A stretch of 64,000 bases of DNA, taken from assembly GCF_004010195.1 (NCBI RefSeq), contig NC_057723.1, positions 31,211,654 to 31,275,653 of the forward strand, read 5' to 3'. The notes beneath the pieces were generated by a model. It made no database searches, was not told where the DNA came from, and worked only from the letters and a program-made list of their open reading frames with translations. The first letter of the stretch is position 1, and each line of letters opens with the position of its first letter. The position numbers were made by a program, and so were the translations under genes. Source of the stretch: Chiloscyllium plagiosum (taxonomy: Eukaryota). Shown here in pieces: positions 53,450 to 64,000 of this stretch.

Positions 53450-54330
53450 CTTGTAAGAATGCTTTTGTTATCCCAGCATCTACCACATTGCCTAGTTTCC
53501 TGCTCCAGTTTGCACAGCATAGCACACCAGGTCACAGAGTGATGAGGCACACTCTGTCCAAGCTACACTGGAGACAACCTCTCTCTCATCCAGACTGACC
53601 CAAACAGAAGAACCACATCCCCATCAGCCCTATCTTCTGCTCCTCCATGGCCCTGGTCACAGGACAGGTAAACATTGAATCTGTGCTCAGTATCAGTTTT
53701 AGTATTGTTAAATGGAGTCATCAGCCATGGTCACAGTGGGTAGCCATGATTTCCCATTAGCTAGTCTTTAAAGGCAGCTGAAATCTCAAATATACCAGGT
53801 ACACGAGGATGCTCCAGGATGAAGCAGTCATGGCAGCTGCCAGCGCAGTGGGCATACACCTTCAGGAAGCAGTAACGGTGATCACAAATCAACTGTGCCT
53901 TAATCAAACAGAAGCTCTTCTTCTATAGAATTCCACAGTGGTGTAATATGGTCCTCTCCAGTGCCATGTGTGTATAGTCGATGGTATCCTGCATCTGGGA
54001 GAAGCCAACTATGTTTCTGAATTGAGCTTCAGCACTAACCAGTCATTGGAACTGGTGTGATCATGCTCAATTGACATATGTCACTGTCCTTGTGCATTTT
54101 TGGGCACATTCCTGAGAGATCCCACACAGGTTTCTTGTTGCTTCCTGGAAAGAGTCAATCATATAGTCATGCAACTGTCACCTTCACAACCATTGGGAGA
54201 GGATGGCCTCTCACACCTGCAGCCATCAATTCCCATAATTTAATCATTGTATCCTGGGACACAAGGAGCCTGCATTGACTATGACCCGTACATCCCCAGG
54301 AATGGAGCCAGGAATGAGGCATGATGGAAT
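53450..54330 (-). mobile_element. Harbinger (HARBI1-type) transposase relic
   Basis: GHPLPMVVKVTVA; GFSQMQDTIDYTHMAL (cf. GFPQVQGAIDCTHV); VYAHCAGSCHDCFIL (cf. ARYPGSCHDAFIL); C-terminal CC..N-like motif. Confidence 0.75.
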
Positions 54331-55303
54331 GGAGTTGGGGAGGAAAGCAGGTGAGAATAGTCAGTGGTGGCATATCCTGCAGATGAGGGCTATGCATACT
54401 TCATCACACAGTGAGACATGCTGTACCCAGACAATGAGGGTCATGTTTATATCATTCATTCAGATTCAGCCTCAGCGTATGTACCAAGATGTGAAGGTAC
54501 CACACTAGATGAGTACTCAAGATGTTACATCAAAATGGGAGTCCTTGCTTCCTCCAACCCCTTCCCATTCCAGACTTATAACATCCATAAAGCTTATCAT
54601 TTCAGTCAGTGGAGTCCATTGTAATACTTAGAAGACAAATGATGAAGCGATTGTCTTCACCTCTCACTGGACCTTTGCACAAGTTATGGGCCCCTTCTCC
54701 TTAAGTCATTGCCTCAAACTTCTGCATCATTGAGCTGTCAATGTTCAATTTGCAAGCAACAGTTGCATGTTGCAAATTGTTTTTCACCAGCATTTGAAAG
54801 TGAAGCATGTTCCCTGTAAATGCTTTGCAACTGGACAATGAAATGATTTCAAATTAAATGTTGCTGCAGCTTGTAAGTGCATTTTACATGTATTTGTCCC
54901 TTCAATGTGCAGCAGATGTGGATCTCGCACTTCCATCCATCAGATTAACACTGACTCTGCCCATCCTGGGTGTTGTCCCAGCCTTTTTTTCAGTTGCAGT
55001 TAAATTTTAGTGAACAGCAAGTGACAGAAAGGGAACACAACTTGTGCTGGATATCATCAGCACCAGACTCCACCTGGTCACTTGGTACCAATTCTCCACC
55101 CAAAAGCCTTTCTCCACCTTTTTAAGATGATGTTCATAAAGTGGGAGGAAGCTCAGTTCAAGGACGACTGAGGAAGAATATTCTGAAAAACTGAAAGATC
55201 CATACAGAAACAGAACTTACAAAATATAAAACTAATAATAACGTGAATGTACAGGAAGAATAGTGATACAGTGGCTGATATATTTCAATATTGTCAATAT
55301 TTG

Positions 55304-55789
55304 TTGTGATTTTGTTCGCCGAGCTGAGAATTTGTGTTGCAGACGTTTCATCCCCTGTCTAGGTGACATCCTCGGTGCTTGGGAGTCTCCTGTGAAGCGC
55401 TTCTGTGATGTTTCCTCCAGCATTTATAGTGATTTGTGCCTGCCGCTTCCGGTTGTCAGTTCCAGCTGTCCGCTGCAGTGGCCGGTATATTGAAACAGCC
55501 AGGGAATTCCTAGAGGCATGGCACTCATCCACAGATTCAATCAATAAGCACATCGATCTAGACCCAATATACCGGGCAATGCAGCGGACAGCTGGAACTG
55601 ACAACCGGAAGCGGCAGATACAAATCACTATAAATGCCGGAGGAAACATCACAGAAGTGCTTCACAGGAGGCTCCCATGCACTGAGGATGTCACCTAGAC
55701 AGGGGATGAAATGTCTGCAACACAAATTCCCAGCTCGGCGAACAGAACCACAACAACGAGCACCCGAGCTACAAATCTTCTCCCAAATC
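55304..55789 (+). mobile_element. 5'-truncated Penelope-like insertion (family D) with inverted terminal repeat
   Basis: Arms 55301-55490 and 55568-55755; spacer encodes AREFLEAWHSSTDSINKHIDLDPIY (PLE endonuclease C-terminus); ~34-nt tail; 13-bp TSD TTGTCAATATTTG (55291-55303, 55790-55802). Confidence 0.9.
55679..55718 (+). ncRNA. Hammerhead ribozyme motif with a longer helix II
   Basis: GCA-CUGAGGA-UGUCACCUAGACAGGGGAU-GAAAUGUC-UGC; the mirror copy at 55342-55375 (-) retains GAAACGUC. Confidence 0.65.
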
Positions 55790-56667
55790 TTGTCAATATT
55801 TGGGATGAAATAAACTCCATAAGCTTCTTCACAGTTGAATATGGAAAAGTTTTGTAGTTCTGTTTTCTCTTTAGATTGATAGAGGATCAGTGGATGGCAT
55901 CAATTGTGGAATGAGTGACACGGGCTGCAATATTGACAAAGCAGGTTTGAAAACCTAGAAGAGGTTATGATTGCATGCAATTGAGTTTTAACTTAATAAT
56001 CATTTTCTCTTACAGGAACGCTGCTAGAATCAGTCTGATTGTCAGGCTTAGCCTCTTGTTGGGTCAGAAACATTCAGGAGGAGCAGGAACAGATAAGGAA
56101 CCAACTGCTTTCTGAATGAGAGCAAGACAACTGGACAGAAGGAAGAAACCGGATGTCCATTCAGAGGTTTCTGGGAATGGGTGCCCAATTCTTGATACCA
56201 GAGATTCTTTGGAAGGGAGAGTTTCTTATGATGGGGATGGGATTGATGGTCTAATAGTAGAGGAGGAGGTAGGTTGGAGGAAGGGCACTTATCATTAAAG
56301 CTGCTTTTGTCTCCCTTGAGCTGCTAGTTCTCTCAAGACCTGACACACTATCAACTAGAGTTAAAGCTGCAAAACAGGTTCAATACAAGGCTTTCAGCAT
56401 CATTGCAATGCTTCAATAGCCAATTCACCTCCTGGGATCAGTTTGGTTGCCCATTTCCTGTCCGACCTTCATCAAACCAAAATGTTAGTGCATATAGACA
56501 GGTTGGGGTCAGGTTTGAGGATTTTAAAATGTTTACATCTCACCCAAATCCAAACCAGGCATTTTTGTGATAACTATTAATAACACAATATTGCTTAAGA
56601 TTACAAGGATAGATTTGACATTGGTAAAGCAGGTCCAAGTTCTTTATATGTGCTTATATTTGTGTCT

Positions 56668-56782
56668 ATGGAGGCAACCTGCATCTATTCCTGATGAAGG
56701 GCTTTTGCCCGAAACGTCGATTTTCCTGCTTCTCGGATGCTGCCTGACCTGCTGTGCTTTTCCAGCACCACTCTAATCTAGA
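56668..56782 (+). mobile_element. PLE family A single-arm insertion
   Basis: 15-bp TSD CTTATATTTGTGTCT (56653-56667, 56783-56797). Confidence 0.85.
56691..56718 (+). ncRNA. Minimal hammerhead ribozyme core
   Basis: CUGAUGA-A-GGGC UUUU GCCC-GAAACGUC. Confidence 0.72.
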
Positions 56783-57589
56783 CTTATATTTGTGTCTGTC
56801 AACTTATAGATCCAGCAAGAAGAATTTATTTCAGAGAAAGAACATAGGTGGTAGATCTGGTGGAAACACAATTGGTAAAAGCAGAGCAATGGTGTTTATA
56901 AATAGTTTATTGAGGCCTCAAGGTTTGAAGAACCAAGATAGAGAACGTGCTGAATGACCAGGTCGGCTTTCAGTTCTCGAAACTACAATCTGTAGGAGAG
57001 ATATTTAGTGAGATTGCTGTCAGAAACAAATTTTAATAAGGTGATTGCACTCAGTAAAACAACTGCACTTCACATTAATCCTTTCAGTTCACTTTTCTTT
57101 GGATTGGCCACCCCTCCTGAGGAATTGCCCATTCCTGACAGAGGAATTCATCTCTCTCAGACATTCAAGATCTTCAAGTTATCAAACAAGCACCTCTCAT
57201 GGAAGCACTGAAGATAAACATTAGTTGCAAGTGAACGTTGTTAGTCTTCTTTTGTCCCCATCTTTTTCACTTTAAACTATCACTTGAAGTTGCCACCTAA
57301 CATTTTCAAAGCTGCAGTTGCTTTGAATCTTTAATTGGTCAGAGGGGTGGAAATGTTTTGAATATTGTGTGTGAAACATAAATTGGCTACATCAGAGAAT
57401 ACATTCCAGTCATTTGGAAAAACAGCAATATCCTGAAAGGCATACCATTGCAACAGTGACACTTTCAATTGTACACATATGTACATGCATTAAATTTTCA
57501 GGGGATAAGAAACTTGCTGCTCATCCTAATCAGGTTTGTTTCTGTGCAAGACCTGAAGACCTCAAGGAAGGCTTGCATTGAAAGACAAT

Positions 57590-59730
57590 TAGAGTCATAG
57601 AGTCATAGAGATGTCCAGCACAGAAACAGAAACCTTCGGTCCAACTTGTCCATGCCAACCAGATATCCCAACTTAATCTAGTCCCATTTGCCAGCACTTG
57701 GCCCCTATCCCTCTAAACCCTTCCTATTTATATACCCATCCAGATGCCTTTTAAATGTTCCAATTGTACCAGTCTCCACCACTTCCTCTGGCAGCTCATT
57801 CCATACACGCACCACCATCTGTGTGAAAATGTTGTGCCACAAGGATCGGTGCTGGGTCCATTACTTTTCATCATTTATTTAAATGATTTGGATGTGAGCT
57901 TAAAAGGTATAGTTAGTAAGTCTGCAGATGACACCAAAAATGGAGGTGCAGTGGGCAGCGAAGAAGGTAACCTCGGATTGCAACGGGATCTTGATCGCAT
58001 GAGCCAATGGGCTGAAGAGTGGCAGATGGATTTTAATTCAGATAAAGGTGAAGTGCTGCATTTTGGGAAAGCAATCTCAGCAGAAATTATACACTTAATG
58101 GTAAGGTCCCAGGGAGTGTTGCTAAACAAAGAGACCTTGGAGTGCAGGTTCATAGCTCCTTGAAGGTAGAGTCGCAGGTAAATAGGATAATGAAGAAGGT
58201 GTTTGGTATGCTTTCCTTTATTGGTCACAGTATTGAGTACAGGAGTTGGGAGGTCATGCTGCGACTGTACAGGACATTGGTTGGGCCACTGTTGGAATAT
58301 TGCGTACAATTCTGGTCTCCTTTTTGGAAGGATGATGTGAAACTTGAAAGGGTTTAGAAAAGATTTATGAGGATATTGCCAGGGTTGGAGGATTTGAGCT
58401 ATAGGGAGAGGTTGAATCAGTTAGGGCTGTTTTTCTTGGAGCGTCGGAGGTTGAGGGGTGATCGTATAAAGGTTTATAAAATCATGAGTGGCATGGATAG
58501 GGTAAATAGACAAGGTCTTTTCCCTGGGGTTGAGAGTCCAGAACTAGAGGGCATAGGTTTAGGGTGAGAGGGAAAGATATAAAAGAAACCTACAGGGCAA
58601 CGTTTTCACACAGAGGGTGGTACGTGTATGGAAGGAGCTGCCAGAGGAAGTGGTGGAGGCTGGTACAATTGCAAAATTTAAAAGGCATCTGGATGGGTAT
58701 ATGAATAGTAAGGGTTTAGAGGGATATGGGCCGGGTGCTGGCAGGTGGGACCAGATTGGGTTGGGATATCTGGTCGACATGGATGAGTTGGACCGAAGGG
58801 TCTGTTTCTGTGCTGTACATCTCTATGACTCAATGAATTTGGTCCCTTTTATATCTTTCCCCTCTCACCCTAAACCTATGCCCTCTAGTTCTGGACTCTT
58901 GCACCCCAGGGAAAAGACCTTTCTATTTATCCTATCCATGACCCTCATGCTTTTTTAAACCTCTATAAGTTCACCCCTCAGCCTCTGATGCTCCAAGGAA
59001 AAAAGCCTCAGACTATTCAGCCCCTCTCTGTAGCTCAAATCCTCCAACCCTGGTAACATCCTTGTAATTCTTTTCTGAACCCTTTCAAGTTTTATAACAT
59101 CCTTCTGATAGGAAGGAGTCCAGAATTGCATGCAGTATTCCAAAAGTGGCCTAACCAATGTCCTGGACAGCTGGAACATGACCTCTCAACTCCTGTACTC
59201 AATACTCTGACCAATAAAGGAAAGCATACCAAACACCTTCTTCACTATCCTATCTACCTGCGACTCCACTTTCAAGGAGCTATGAACCCGCACTCCAAGG
59301 TCTCTTTGTTCAGCAACACTCCCCAGGACCCTACCATTAAATGTGTAGGTCCTGCTCTGATTTGCTTTTCCAAAATGCAGCACCTTGCATTTAACTGAAT
59401 TAAACTCCATATGACATTCCTCAGCCCATTGGCCCATCTGATCAAGATCCCTGTAATCTGAGGTAACCTTCTTTTCTGTCCACTACATCTCCAGTTTTGG
59501 TGTCATCTGCAAACTTACTAACTATATCTCCTATGTTCACATCCAAATCATTTATATTAATGACGAAAAGTAGTGATCCTTGTGGCACTCCACTAGTCAG
59601 AGGCCTTCGGTCTCAAAAACAACCCTCCCCCACCACCCTCTGTCTTCTCGCTTTGAGCCAGTTCTGTATCCAAATGACTCATTCTTCCTGTATTCCATGA
59701 GATCTAATCTTGTTAACCATTCTCCCATGG
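57590..59730 (-). mobile_element. CR1 (57590-57833 and 58838-59730), split by an antisense CR1
   Basis: Tail AGAGTCATAGAGTCATAG at 57590; resumes GGTCCCTTTTATATC at ~58841; LVRPLLEYCMQFW. Confidence 0.9.
57834..58837 (+). mobile_element. CR1 RT-to-3' end
   Basis: [18 protein letters not shown]; LYRTLVGPLLEYCVQFWSP; CTCTATGACTC tail. Confidence 0.92.
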
Positions 59731-60146
59731 TTGAACTTTGGAGAATGGTTTCAATTTCCCAACAACTTTTGCTAAGCATGTGTCTCTGACCCAAAGTTTA
59801 TTTGTTTCGTTTTCTATAGGTGAGCAAAATCAGTGTTCATTTTATTAATCTGATTTTCATGATCATAGGCAAATGTAAAAACCCTTTTCAGGGCCAGTTG
59901 TCCTGTGGAAATTGATTGGACAAGCTTTCCAGAGAGAAGAGTTTTGTGTCAATGATATCATTGACAAGAGCTGATGATGGAGTTTGATATTTGCTTCTGA
60001 GGACAAAGTTGCTTCTGAGGACAAATTTGCTCCTTTCTCATCAGTAATGGGTGGATGATAAGGATGAAAAGCATTTAATTTTACAAAAATAAATTTGTTT
60101 CAATTCAAGACTGCAGTCATTTTAAAAGTGAAAGGAAAACAGTTAA

Positions 60147-60400
60147 ATTAGATTACTTACAGTGTGGAAACAGGCCCTTTGGCCCAACAAGTCCACACCG
60201 ACCCTCCAAAGAGCAACCCACCCAGACCCATTCCCCTACACCTAACACTACGGGCAATTTAGCATGGCCAATTCACCTAACCTACACATTTTTGGGCTAT
60301 GGGAGGAAACCGGAGCACCCGGAGGAAACCCACACAGACAGTTGCCTCAGGCGGGAATTGAACCCAGGTCTCTGGCGCCAAGAGGCAACAGTGCTAATCA
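60147..60400 (-). mobile_element. HE1-type SINE
   Basis: Reverse complement closely matches 5871-6165. Confidence 0.88.
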
Positions 60401-61179
60401 ATTTACAATGTTTTACTTAGAGAGGAGTACACACATTAGAGTGCATCATTTACACAATCATGCACTGACTGGAATGCATCATGTATGGAGTAACATTTAG
60501 TCTGGTACATATGTACGTAGGCCAACATGGGAGTTCTTTGGCCTGGAAACAGCCTCGAGGTACTCCAAGTGAAACAACCCTTTGCTTTTGTCACATGCCT
60601 TCAGGTTGTTATGATGCAATGTTCCCCAATTTGTTCTGGTTCCAGAGGAGATAACCCAAACTTGAAGCTCCTGGGTCAGGAGGGATGAACTGACTCTTCT
60701 TCTTTATTCACCCAACCCTTCAGTTGGTCATAACAAGGTTAATTTAAAACTGGATGCCTTCCCATTGGATACCGTTCTCCCAGACAGAAATTGACTTACG
60801 GGCAGAATTTTATAAGGATCTGAATGACATGGACTCTAGCAAAATGTGTGGCAGCATCTGATGACAAGTGCAGCGAGGCTCATCTCAATGCTGAAATCAT
60901 CTCATTCCATCTTTTATGCTTTTCACAAGTGGCAGAGTGCGATTCTTGTCAGCCAGCGGCAAGATGATAATTAGCAAGGATTATGGCTTCTGATGGCTTG
61001 TCAACTCACCTCATTAATATTCAGACCAAACTTACCAAAGAAGCTTGATGTCAAGAAATCCTGACCAGGAAATCAGAGTGGTTACCTGACAGATTTCAGC
61101 TAATTGCTTGTTTTGAATGACCTCCATGTTGGAAATCAGACACCAGCATCTCAAGGTACTGATCTCATGCCATTTAGTG

Positions 61180-61930
61180 CAGACACAGAGCCTGTTTCAT
61201 CCACGGTTCCTGGTTGGGGAGCACTCGGATTGACTTCTTTGGTCATGAAGTCCATGACAGTGGTGGAGGACTCATCCAGGTTTTCTGCTGAGTACTTGAA
61301 TACATTCCAGTCCATTGATTTCAAACAGTCCTCGAGACAGTCTTTCATAGCCTTGGACAGGCATTGTACTTCTTTTTGTAAAGGGTCTTCCTGTTTCAGC
61401 TTCTGTTTGCAAGCTGGGAAGAGGAACATAGCGTTGTGATTTGGTTTTCTGAAGTGTGGGTGGGGGATGGAGTGGTGGGGGTCTTTGATGGTTGTGTAGC
61501 AGTGGTCCATGATGTTCAATCCTTTGGTGGGGCAGGAGATGTGTTGGTGGCACTTTGGCAGCATCCATTTGAGGTTGGCTTGGTTGAAGTCGCAGGCCTC
61601 AAAAAATAGGGCCTTGGGGAATTTCGTCTCTAGAATGTTTGTGGCGTTGTAAATTTTGTCTAGGGCACTCTTCAAATCTGCATGGAGTGGTATGTAGACT
61701 GCTGTCAAGATGGCGGAGGTGAACTCTCAGGCCAGATAGTAAGGAAGGCATTTTACTGTAAGGTATTCTAGGTCCAGGAAGCAATGGCTTGGCTTGCCAG
61801 GGTTGGTACACCTGAGCGACAGGAGGTGTTGAACAGGAAACATACCCTGCTGCCGTTCGCTTACCTGAGGACACCGTGTGGTGCATAAGATATACGGAGA
61901 AGGCCTTCTGATGTGCCAAATACACTGCAT
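61180..61930 (-). mobile_element. Rex1/Babar-type LINE endonuclease fragment
   Basis: TAVYIPLHAD..DFNQANLK..HQHISCPTKG.NIMDHCYTTIKD. Confidence 0.75.
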
Positions 61931-63204
61931 CCAATGGCTTCCCTTTATCTATTCACCTAGTTATGTCTTCAAAAAATTATATTGTGTTTAGCAGATATGA
62001 TTTCCCTTTCATAAATCCATGTTGATCTTGTCCAATTTAATCATTGTCTTCTAAGTGTCCAGTTATGAAATGCTTTATAACTACTTTGAGTATTTTTCTT
62101 ATCAGTGATGACAGGCCAACAAGTCCGTGCCCTGGTTATTTTCTCTCCATCCTTAGCGATACATTTCCTAACTCCCAGTTAGCAAGAACCATTCCAAAAT
62201 CTATAAAATATTTGAAGGTGACCACCACCTAAAATTATCTTTCATAAAACAAGAACTGCAGATGCTGAGAATTTGAAACAATATTCTGACACAAGTTATC
62301 ATCGTTAGGAAAAGAGAAGATTTGGGGTAGAAGATAAAGAATAGCCAAAATGAGGTGACACTTCCTTGTAGGCTTTTTTATATTTGTGAACAACGTCAAT
62401 TGCTGTACTCAGATTTCATTCAAGGCCAGTATCCAGTGCAAAACCCAAATTCAGCCCCAACAAATTTGCATGTATGACTTTTTTTCCAAAATTAAAATAA
62501 TCTTAATTTGTAAAAATATTTGTAACCTATTATTGAGATTAATGAATTGCTGCCAATGAAAAGATTAGTCTTACAGTGGTTCAAAAGCCATTAAATCCCT
62601 TATAAGAATCGAGATAGTAATTGTTCCTATAAATGGATTTTATAAGTTGGCAGCAGCAGAATGTGGCTTAAAGAGGAGTTGAAATTTATGTCTGGTTTCC
62701 ACAGTGTAAATATTTGTGCAGTTATTGGTGCTCAGTCTATGCTCAATTGGCTTGTATTCATGCTCTGTGCTTTTAGCATTGTACAATCTATGCGGTGATT
62801 ACTACTAAGAATTCAGCTTGAAGTTCTTCTAATTAAATTTTTAAAAGTATCTTTGCTGTAGTATGTTCACAAGAACAACAACCCTTTCCCATGATGTAAT
62901 CACTTTTCAAATTTGTCCAAAATTTAAAAGGTGAGCAATAAAATGGTTCAGCAGTTATCCAAATAAGTTCGTGAGCATTCTATTTAAGAAGCTCTTTAGG
63001 TGGTTAGTTTTACTTTTAAAATAGAAAAGCTAGCAACACCCTTTTTTATCATTAGACTAAAGTTTCCATGATAGGTGCCAGTGGCCTGAACTGACTGCAC
63101 AATGCAGGTGTTTTTTTTATTGTTATTACTGCAGCACTGCCAGTTTAATCCAGAGGCTCTCAAAGGGAGAATCAAGTCCGTACCAAAGAGAACTACACCT
63201 GTGT

Positions 63205-63420
63205 CACAGGCCTGTATCATAGGATATTTAAGAGGCAGGTCATGGAGGCCTGTACCACAGGGCTTTATGAATCAGCTCTCTATCATAGAGGTTTAAGAAC
63301 CATCCTGCTAAGGACCCTCCTGCTGGGCTTTATGAATCAAGCATGTATCATAGAGGTTTAAGAACTAGGCCTGTATCATAAAAATGAGAGTTTTATGAAC
63401 CAGACCTCTATCATAGGAGA
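63205..63420. repeat. Degenerate minisatellite, ~27-bp period
   Basis: Recurrent (AGGCCTG)TATCATAG(AGG)TTTAAGAAC and TTTATGAA. Confidence 0.65.
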
Positions 63421-63744
63421 TTAACAGTACTGCCAACTCTCTGAATGTAAAAATCATGTGACAGTGATTCTAAAAAAAATCTTAAGTTTGTGGAGTGCGA
63501 TTGTGAACTCTGCTGCTTTTTCATAAACCGCAGCTCCTTTGTATTTTTAATTATTTTTTTCTTTGAAATCCCTCAATTGCAGATGGGCAATAAACTGGAT
63601 TGGCATTCAGTTCTTGTAAGAATGTGTTTTTCTTTACTATTCGTTAAGTTTAAATGTACAGAAAACAGTTTTTTCACATTACATAACCTTGGTGCTTTCT
63701 TATAAATAATCTACATTTCTAGATTGAATAATGCTTCATGAGTT

Positions 63745-64000
63745 AGAGTCATAGAGTCATAGAGATGTACAGCATGGAATCAGAATCTTCGGTCCAACCC
63801 GTCCATGCCGACCAGATATTCCAACCCAATCTAGTGCCACCTGCCAGCATCTGGCCCATATCCCTCCAAACCCTTCCTATTCATATACACATCCAAATGC
63901 CTTTTAAATGTTGCAATTGTACCAGCCTCCACCACTTCCTCTAGCAGCTCATTCCATACATGTACCACCATCTGCGTGAAAACGTTGCCCCTGAGGTCCT
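63745..64000 (-). mobile_element. CR1 3' end, continuing beyond the window
   Basis: AGAGTCATAGAGTCATAGAG tail and the CR1 UTR. Confidence 0.92.

Overview
Repeat-dense, AT-rich vertebrate genomic DNA with an assembly gap at 907-1584. HE1-type tRNA SINEs and the CR1 subfamilies point to a cartilaginous fish, probably a shark (inference). There is no intact protein-coding ORF: the provided ORFs I could recognise are decayed transposon frames, and I treat the rest as noise. The window holds many CR1 LINE fragments (several nested), HE1 SINEs, L2 and Rex1/Babar fragments, two solo LTRs with 4-bp TSDs, a Tc1/mariner-type MITE and several PIF/Harbinger relics. The most notable system is a set of at least four Penelope-like element (PLE) lineages. 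Most are short palindromic insertions, five have clean 12-16 bp TSDs, and each lineage carries its own minimal hammerhead ribozyme motif (CUGANGA-helix II-GAAA with a loop-less palindromic helix III, ACGU or AGCU). Several + strand splice signals (57- and 59-nt candidate exons, a 3-nt AAG microexon candidate, a recursive-splice-site-like TAG|GTGAGC) suggest the window may lie in long introns of an unidentified gene. Boundaries of old repeats are approximate; family names come from motif recognition, not database searches.
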